Below, in pieces: positions 25,234 through 32,000 of a stretch of 32,000 nucleotides of DNA (the stretch's first letter is position 1; each line of letters starts with the position of its first letter). Below the pieces are notes generated by a model. It saw only the letters and a program-made list of their open reading frames with translations. It was not told where the DNA came from and made no database searches. Origin of the DNA: an uncultured Candidatus Saccharibacteria bacterium (GTDB lineage: Bacteria > Patescibacteriota > UBA1384 > XYA2-FULL-43-10 > 1-14-0-10-43-13); NCBI GenBank assembly GCA_964543385.1, contig CAZIYE010000001.1:210001-242000 (forward strand), written 5' to 3'. The translations under genes and the position numbers were made by a program.

Positions 25234-28068
25234 ATGAAATCTCATCACTGGCAAACGATAAAAGATAAAATTTCTTTCGGTCTTAAACACCATAAAAAAA
25301 ATAGAAATATACCGAAAATGATCCTAACAATTTTCGGATATTCTATATTAGCACTCTGTTTTGCATCCGTACTTATGTTTGCGTGGTTTTCTAGAGATCT
25401 GCCTACACCAAGCAAGATTGCTGGACGCAAGCCAACTGTTTCTACAAAGATTTATGATCGCACAGGCCAAACCCTACTATATGAGACTGGCGAACAAAAA
25501 CGAACACTTGTCACAAGTGATCAAATATCTAAATATTTGAAAGATGCAACGGTTGCCACAGAAGATGCAAATTTCTACAAACACAGAGGTGTTGACTTCA
25601 AGGCGATTCTATCTGCGGTAGTAGAAAAAGTAACAGGCAAAAGAAGACTCGCACGCGGCGGATCAACTATTACCCAGCAATATGTAAAAAATGCTCTTTT
25701 GACCTCTGATAGATCGATGGTTCGAAAAATTAAAGAGGCTATTCTTTCCGTTGAGCTTGAATTTATGTTCAAGAAAGATGAAATACTTTCTATGTATCTA
25801 AACGAGATCCCTTATGGCAATGCTACGGCCGGCGCCGAAGCAGCTGCAAGGACATATTTTGGGAAACAGGCTAAGGATTTAACGCTTGCTGAGGCAGCGA
25901 CATTGGCAGCTATACCTAAGGCACCTACCTATTATTCCCCTTATGGTACTCATGTAGACAAACTCATCATCCGCAAAAACTATGTTTTAGATCAAATGGC
26001 AAAGAGCGGTAGGATTACTACCCAAGAAGCAGAGGAAGCCAAGAAACAAGATACTACTACTCTTGGTATTGCTCTTAAACCACGTAGAGATTCCATGTTA
26101 GCGCCACATTTTGCAATGTATGTGATGGAAAAAATCGCTGACGAATTTGGAGAGGAAAAAATACAAAAAGAAGGCCTAAAGATAATTACTACTCTTGATT
26201 ATGACAAGCAAAAAATAGCCGAGCAAGCTATCACTGACGGCGCACCAAAGTTAGCAAAATATGGCGGTACAAATGCTGCACTCGTAGCAATCGATCCGAA
26301 AAACGGTCATATTCTAAGTATGGTTGGCTCAAAAGATTACTTCGATGTTTCTATTGATGGCAATGTAAATGTCGCCGATTCTCTTCGCCAACCAGGTTCG
26401 TCCTTCAAGCCATTTGCCTACGCCACAGCGTTCAAAAACCCCGAGTATTCTCCATCAAAGATAATTTATGATTTTCAAACAGATTTTGGTAAATATATTC
26501 CCCACAACTATAATGGCAAATCCAACGGTCCCGTTACTATGCGTATCGCGCTTTCCAACTCCCTGAATATCCCTGCCGTCAAAGTAATGGCACTAGCAGG
26601 ATTGGACAATGTAATAAAAACTGCTTCCGATATGGGAATTACCACACTAAACCAGCGTGACAGGTATGGACTCTCATTAGTTCTAGGATCAGGAGAAGTC
26701 AAACCGGTAGAAATGGCTGGGGCTTATTCTGTCTTCGCAACAGGGGGAATAAAAAATCCAACTACCCCCATATTGAAAATCACTGATGCAAGTGGTAAAA
26801 CAGTTTACGATTTTGAAAAAAATAAAAAGCCCTCTAAACAAGTCTTGGATCCGCAGGTTGCTTACGAGATCTCCAGTATTCTTTCAGACAATAAATCCAG
26901 AAGTGTAATATTTGGCGCCAACTCACCATTACACTTTCCAGAAAGAGCTGTAGCGGCAAAGACAGGTACTACAAATGATTTTAAAGACGCTTGGGCAGTT
27001 GGATATACTCCTTCTATCGCCGTGGCAGTTTGGACTGGAAATAGTAATGCAGCAAAAATGAAAGTAGGAGCTGACGGCTCAATTATAGCAGCTCCAATCT
27101 TCCACAATTTTATAGATAAGGCCTTGGCCAATGTCCCAAATGAGGAATTTGTACGGCCAAAAGGTATCCAGGAAGTTACAGTGGAAAAATATTCCAATAA
27201 ATTACCAAGTGCCTATTCTCAAGAAACAGTTACTGACATATTTGCTGAATGGCAAGTTCCCAAGGAGCAGGATGACCTTCACAAGATCTACCGTGTTTGC
27301 AAAGGCACAAATAAACTAGCGCCAGAGGGCATGGATCCAACCATGGTTGAAGAAAAAGTTTTGACTGATCTACACTCAGAAATGCCAAGCAACCCAAATT
27401 GGGAAGGACCTGTTCGGGCATGGGCAATGGCAAATGCTTTGACCGCTGATGTCCCAACTGAGACTTGTGACGCCCAAAATTTTGCTCCTACTATTTCCAT
27501 AATTAGCCCATCAAGCGGAGCTACAATATCAGGTGAAGTGAATATATCAGCATCCGCAAATAGTTCATATGGCATTAAAAAAGTAGAATTCTTTCTAGAC
27601 GATGTTTTTATCGGTAGTAGCGCATCTTCCCCTTATACGATTGACTATAATCTTTCAACAGGAAATGTTGCTTCTGGTTCTCATAAAATATCTGCCGTTG
27701 TCACAGATGAACACAATATTACTAGTCGGAATGAAATACCAGTTAATGTTCAAGATTCTAAGCCGATTATTTCAGTGACATCTTTCAAAATAATTACCAA
27801 CCCCATACTCTCGTATGAAATAAGTTGGACAACAGATCGTCCCACTATTTGGGAAGTGGCATATAATTCAAGTGTTGTCCCTGCTCAATATATTTCCTCT
27901 TCCCCAGAAGAGTCGAAGAGCCACAAAGCGCTTATCACCAACCTTCTCCATGGTCTAAAATATAATTTTATCATCCACGCAACAGACACAAACCAAAACA
28001 GCGCTGAATATAAAGGAGACTTTACGACTCCGCTGAGCGCTGAAAATGACGACAAAATAGACCTATAA
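25234..28068 (+). CDS. Class A penicillin-binding protein (transglycosylase/transpeptidase) with C-terminal Ig/Fn3-like domains
   Basis: EDANFYKHRGVD, GGSTITQQ, GSSFKPF (SxxK), KTGTTNDFKDAWAVGY; C-terminal ISIISPSSGATISGEVNISASA and Fn3-like segment. Confidence 0.95.
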   Translation: MKSHHWQTIKDKISFGLKHHKKNRNIPKMILTIFGYSILALCFASVLMFAWFSRDLPTPSKIAGRKPTVSTKIYDRTGQTLLYETGEQKRTLVTSDQISKYLKDATVATEDANFYKHRGVDFKAILSAVVEKVTGKRRLARGGSTITQQYVKNALLTSDRSMVRKIKEAILSVELEFMFKKDEILSMYLNEIPYGNATAGAEAAARTYFGKQAKDLTLAEAATLAAIPKAPTYYSPYGTHVDKLIIRKNYVLDQMAKSGRITTQEAEEAKKQDTTTLGIALKPRRDSMLAPHFAMYVMEKIADEFGEEKIQKEGLKIITTLDYDKQKIAEQAITDGAPKLAKYGGTNAALVAIDPKNGHILSMVGSKDYFDVSIDGNVNVADSLRQPGSSFKPFAYATAFKNPEYSPSKIIYDFQTDFGKYIPHNYNGKSNGPVTMRIALSNSLNIPAVKVMALAGLDNVIKTASDMGITTLNQRDRYGLSLVLGSGEVKPVEMAGAYSVFATGGIKNPTTPILKITDASGKTVYDFEKNKKPSKQVLDPQVAYEISSILSDNKSRSVIFGANSPLHFPERAVAAKTGTTNDFKDAWAVGYTPSIAVAVWTGNSNAAKMKVGADGSIIAAPIFHNFIDKALANVPNEEFVRPKGIQEVTVEKYSNKLPSAYSQETVTDIFAEWQVPKEQDDLHKIYRVCKGTNKLAPEGMDPTMVEEKVLTDLHSEMPSNPNWEGPVRAWAMANALTADVPTETCDAQNFAPTISIISPSSGATISGEVNISASANSSYGIKKVEFFLDDVFIGSSASSPYTIDYNLSTGNVASGSHKISAVVTDEHNITSRNEIPVNVQDSKPIISVTSFKIITNPILSYEISWTTDRPTIWEVAYNSSVVPAQYISSSPEESKSHKALITNLLHGLKYNFIIHATDTNQNSAEYKGDFTTPLSAENDDKIDL

Positions 28069-28071
28069 CAA

Positions 28072-29367
28072 TTATTTAAACAGACTTATGATCTCTATAA
28101 TATTTTTTGGCTGTGATATAGCCTCATAACCAAGAGCTTTTGCTTCTTTTTCCCGATCTTTTTGCCGAACTACTTTTCGGACTTCTCCAAGAAGTCCAAC
28201 TTCTCCGAACAAAACCAGACTATCGGGCAAAGCTTTATTTAGATATGAAGATATTATTGCTGTACACACTGCCAAGTCAACGGCGGGCTCATTTAACCTT
28301 ACTCCACCTATCACGTTCAGATATACATCAGAGTTGGCGAGATTAATTTTAGTCTTCTTAGATATCACGGCTGCCAACAAATTCAGACGATTTAAATCAA
28401 AGCCAGAACTTGTTCTCTTGGGATAACCGAAATGAGTAGATATCACTAGAGCTTGGATTTCCAACAATATCGGTCTAGTTCCTTCGAGGGCTACAGTCAC
28501 AACGCTCCCTGGACTATTTGTGCGTTCTGATAAAAATAATTCAGATGGATTCTTTACTTCGATCATCCCCTCTTCCTGCATCGAAAAAATTCCAACTTCA
28601 TTAGTGGCCCCAAAACGATTTTTTACTCCACGCAATATCCTTGCATCACCAAACCGCTCTCCCTCTAGATAAAGTACCGTATCGACTAAATGCTCTAAAA
28701 TTCTTGGACCTGCTAGATTTCCCTCTTTTGTTACATGGCCAATAAGAATAACCGGAATGTTATGTTTCTTTGCAAAATTCTGTAAAAATATTCCACATTC
28801 TCTCACCTGGACGATACTTCCAGGAGTTGCGTCATAATATTCTAGGAAAATAGTTTGAATTGAATCAATAATTAAAAGACTAGGATTATTCTTCAAAACA
28901 TCGGCTTCAACTTGTCCAATATTACCCTCGTTGACGAGCATAATGCTTGGGTTCTTAATAGATAGCCTGTCCGCTCTCATTTTAATCTGAGAGACAGATT
29001 CCTCTGCTGATAGATAAAAAACATTGTCCAAATTATTGGCAACTTGCAGAATAAGTGTCGATTTGCCAATTCCCGGTTCACCGCCAAGAAGGATAATTGA
29101 TCCGGGGACTATTCCACCGCCCAGAACTCGATCTAGTTCAGATATACCGGTAGAGATCCTATTTGACTCTGATGTATTTATCTCACCGATCTTCTTAACT
29201 TCGAAATTACTTGATTTTCTATTTTTAGAATTATTCGATCCAGCATTTTTTATTTTCAATTCTTTGAGCGTGTTCCAATCACCACAAGCAGAACATTTAC
29301 CGCTCCATACTGAAAACTCGTTGCCGCAACTTTCACACAGCCAAATTGTAATATCTTTCTTTGCCAT
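28072..29367 (-). CDS. radA: DNA repair protein RadA
   Basis: N-terminal zinc finger CESCGNEFSVWSGKCSACGDW, Walker A GGEPGIGKST, KNRFG motif. Confidence 0.96.
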   Translation of the reverse strand: MAKKDITIWLCESCGNEFSVWSGKCSACGDWNTLKELKIKNAGSNNSKNRKSSNFEVKKIGEINTSESNRISTGISELDRVLGGGIVPGSIILLGGEPGIGKSTLILQVANNLDNVFYLSAEESVSQIKMRADRLSIKNPSIMLVNEGNIGQVEADVLKNNPSLLIIDSIQTIFLEYYDATPGSIVQVRECGIFLQNFAKKHNIPVILIGHVTKEGNLAGPRILEHLVDTVLYLEGERFGDARILRGVKNRFGATNEVGIFSMQEEGMIEVKNPSELFLSERTNSPGSVVTVALEGTRPILLEIQALVISTHFGYPKRTSSGFDLNRLNLLAAVISKKTKINLANSDVYLNVIGGVRLNEPAVDLAVCTAIISSYLNKALPDSLVLFGEVGLLGEVRKVVRQKDREKEAKALGYEAISQPKNIIEIISLFK

Positions 29368-29381
29368 ACTATTTTTTTGAT

Positions 29382-30077
29382 CTAATTAAGTGCAGCTAAA
29401 TCTTGATCAGCCTCTTCAAATTGGCTGGCGAGTCTCTTTTGGTAGCTCAGAAATTGCGACTCTTGGAGATTTTGACTCAAGTTCACGAAACCATTTGATG
29501 GCAATTGTTCTGTGTCACTTCTTAGGATATAGACCTTAATTCCCTTTTTTATAAGCATATTTATTTGCTCTCTAACATCCAAGGCGAGATCATTATAATT
29601 TTTTATAAACAATACTTGCTGCAGTTGATGAGGCGTTTCGGCTCTAGAGAATGCTTCTCTAAGTGAATTACTAGCAAAAAAATTATCAGGATCATCGCCC
29701 ACTAATGAATGGTGTATAGTTTTGATCGTTTCTCTAAGTGCCTTAGGATCACCATCCAAAAGATTTAAGGAAAATTGGTTAGATTTAAAAGGCTCAATCC
29801 CCGTACCGACCTCCATCTCCTCATTCTTCGGAATCTTCGACTCAAGGATAGAACGAATAGTCTCAAATTCAACCTTATCTATAAGCACACCCTTATTTGA
29901 TATGGATAGACTATCTAAAATAGAATTAATAATTCTGTCAACGACATCATCATTAGTATTCTTCTGATCTAAAACTTTTAGCAATACCTCCTCTACCTGT
30001 TCTTCGGTGACGGTCATAAGCATATCCTTTAATGACATATGCTCATTTATAGATGTCTCGTAATGCATTTGGTCCAT
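29382..30077 (-). CDS. Hypothetical protein
   Basis: Intact 231-aa ORF in the radA gene cluster; no recognised motif. Confidence 0.7.
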   Translation of the reverse strand: MDQMHYETSINEHMSLKDMLMTVTEEQVEEVLLKVLDQKNTNDDVVDRIINSILDSLSISNKGVLIDKVEFETIRSILESKIPKNEEMEVGTGIEPFKSNQFSLNLLDGDPKALRETIKTIHHSLVGDDPDNFFASNSLREAFSRAETPHQLQQVLFIKNYNDLALDVREQINMLIKKGIKVYILRSDTEQLPSNGFVNLSQNLQESQFLSYQKRLASQFEEADQDLAALN

Positions 30078-30087
30078 TCTATAAGTC

Positions 30088-31614
30088 TTATTTTATTATT
30101 TCTTTCAATTCATCCAATTGCTTTTGCACTGCATCAATTTTTGCTTTGATCTCAGCACTCTTATCAACGGTAGCTGCGGGCTCATTAATCTTGATCTCAG
30201 GCACCGCACTGCCTGTCACAACTGCTCCATTTTTAATAAATGTGTCCAGAGATGCTGCATTGTCGAAACCAGCGACCTTATTTGTCTTAGCATCAAATAA
30301 TACCGTCTTCGCAATACCTGCGGCATCATTCGGTATTATCGAGAGCAACCAATAAAGATCTTTGCCAATTTTGAGCGGTCTTGGCTCTGCTAGATTAAAT
30401 GCATCCCAGCTATAAGTTGGAAACTCTCTTTTAATATAATCAGCTGCCGCAACAGGACCCGTTAACTGTGAATTTTGATCATACTCAACAATTTCTCTTT
30501 TGCCCGTCGTTGCATCAAAGATAAAAATCTTATAGACACCGTATGACCTGCCATATGGCTCAGCTACGACTAACTGTTTGAATCCTTCGTTTGTGGACAC
30601 ATGAAATATTTTCTCACTCCCCGGTAAGGCGACTGTCTCTGTTTGATTTTTATGCAAAAACCACTTGTTTAGAAGACCACCTTTGTAAGCATATGAATCA
30701 GTATAATAATTCACCAGCTCTTTTGGATACAACCGATTATTCTTAAGGAAAGAAATGTTTTGTGCTTCTTCTGGTGTGTAATCAGATATATAGCCGCCAG
30801 CATCAACTAGCATCACACCTGCCCAGTAAGGTACTCGAAAAGGAAAACCCTTGTAGCCGATATAAGGCACAGCCGTTAGCCAATTGCCACTATCATCTTT
30901 CAAATACACTGGTTCTGATGAATAATCAACGCCATATTTCTTTAATTTCAGTTGATAATATAAATTATCAAAAATTCCGATCCCCTCTGAGTATTTAAAT
31001 TCCTTGTCCTCAATGGCCACTTTTTTATCGATAGTATCAACTTCAACAGTCACAAAACCATTCAATTTGTTAGTAAAATATAGTATTCCGCCATCTGGCA
31101 ATCTAGGGAAAACTCTCTTTAATTTGCCATCAACCATGACGATTTGCGAATCACCCAACATCTCCTGAGGATTTTGAAAAGTATCAGCAGCATAACGCTT
31201 TGCGACCTGTTTTGGCGTCAGTCTAATTGGTTCGAAATTTGGCAAATCGACTTTTGCCTCATAGGTAACTTGTTTCGCAGTCAAAAGATATCTGATCTCG
31301 CTCTCAAAATTAAGAGCTACAAAAATAAGAATTAAAAAGACTATATAGCCAGAAATAATCAACGGTGAAACTTGATTTGATGCCTTGAATGTATAGTTTT
31401 GCATTCCCGTAGGTACCATAGTAATTTTGCCAAACTTCTTTAAAAGAAGAGCGACGCCGGCGATCAATGCAACGATCAAAATACCTTTGAGAGGGCTAAC
31501 CACAAAAAGCATATAGAAACCGTGAAAAAATGGCCTAAATAGCCAAATAAGTAGGACCAAAATAACAATCCAAATAAGAGAACGAGGATTTATCTTTTTC
31601 ATAAAATCACCCAA
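30088..31614 (-). CDS. Hypothetical multi-TM protein with large non-membrane domain
   Basis: 508-aa ORF. Probable start at Met 5 (MKKINPRSLIWIVILVLLIWLF). Three or four TMs, then a roughly 350-aa soluble part. Confidence 0.75.
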   Translation of the reverse strand: MGDFMKKINPRSLIWIVILVLLIWLFRPFFHGFYMLFVVSPLKGILIVALIAGVALLLKKFGKITMVPTGMQNYTFKASNQVSPLIISGYIVFLILIFVALNFESEIRYLLTAKQVTYEAKVDLPNFEPIRLTPKQVAKRYAADTFQNPQEMLGDSQIVMVDGKLKRVFPRLPDGGILYFTNKLNGFVTVEVDTIDKKVAIEDKEFKYSEGIGIFDNLYYQLKLKKYGVDYSSEPVYLKDDSGNWLTAVPYIGYKGFPFRVPYWAGVMLVDAGGYISDYTPEEAQNISFLKNNRLYPKELVNYYTDSYAYKGGLLNKWFLHKNQTETVALPGSEKIFHVSTNEGFKQLVVAEPYGRSYGVYKIFIFDATTGKREIVEYDQNSQLTGPVAAADYIKREFPTYSWDAFNLAEPRPLKIGKDLYWLLSIIPNDAAGIAKTVLFDAKTNKVAGFDNAASLDTFIKNGAVVTGSAVPEIKINEPAATVDKSAEIKAKIDAVQKQLDELKEIIK

Positions 31615-31689
31615 TTAATTATTGTAATTAATTTGATTATACAATGATTAACTAAAGAATCATATCGTCCGCGGATCACCGTATAATCT

Positions 31690-32000
31690 CTACTTCGAAA
31701 TAAAACTAATAGATAGAGAATTAACACAATGACGAATATTCTTAGGTGTCAGATTTTCCCCTTCGAAAATATGGCCTAAATGGGCGCCACAATTAGCACA
31801 AGTTATTTCAGTTCTAACCCCATCAGCATCAGGAATATGCTTTACTGCACCCCGAAATTCATCGTCGAAAGCCGGCCAACCACAGCCGGACTTGAATTTA
31901 GATTCTGAACTATAAAGAGGATTATTACACCTAGCACAAACATAAACACCATCATTGAAAAAATCATTATATTTGCCAGAAAAAGGTGGCTCAGTAGCCT
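31690..32000 (-). CDS. msrB: Peptide methionine sulfoxide reductase B (N-terminus outside window)
   Basis: Hand translation ...[105 protein letters not shown]. Missing from the track because it is open at the window edge. Confidence 0.9.
   Translation of the reverse strand, partial: ATEPPFSGKYNDFFNDGVYVCARCNNPLYSSESKFKSGCGWPAFDDEFRGAVKHIPDADGVRTEITCANCGAHLGHIFEGENLTPKNIRHCVNSLSISFISK

Noticed and set aside
1-32000. CRISPR array, prophage or transposon cassette
   Set aside because: No regularly spaced direct repeats, integrase, transposase or phage structural genes seen.

Overview
AT-rich bacterial window. Gene content and small size suggest a Candidate Phyla Radiation/Patescibacteria-type genome (inference). 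Most of it is housekeeping and envelope genes: rpmG, rpmB, holB-ricT-TPR, M50 protease, argS, tyrS, PBP1-type transpeptidase, radA, msrB, an ABC-2 exporter, a GT4 glycosyltransferase and six intact tRNAs. There are also several large uncharacterised membrane or secreted proteins. Three non-coding or regulatory regions stand out. (1) An intact tRNA-Thr(GGT) gene lies nested inside the anticodon region of a second, broken tRNA-Thr copy, which also carries three precise palindromic insertions. (2) Two consecutive small orphan ORFs (13465-13797 and 14064-14438) share one 5' design: TTGACA promoter, apparently leaderless 20-aa micro-ORF, competing hairpins, a CCGCC/GGCGG terminator, a long hairpin ending at the Shine-Dalgarno, then the ORF. 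This looks like a paired attenuation system. (3) A roughly 160-nt region with long-range complementarity follows the glycosyltransferase gene. No CRISPR array or transposase was seen.
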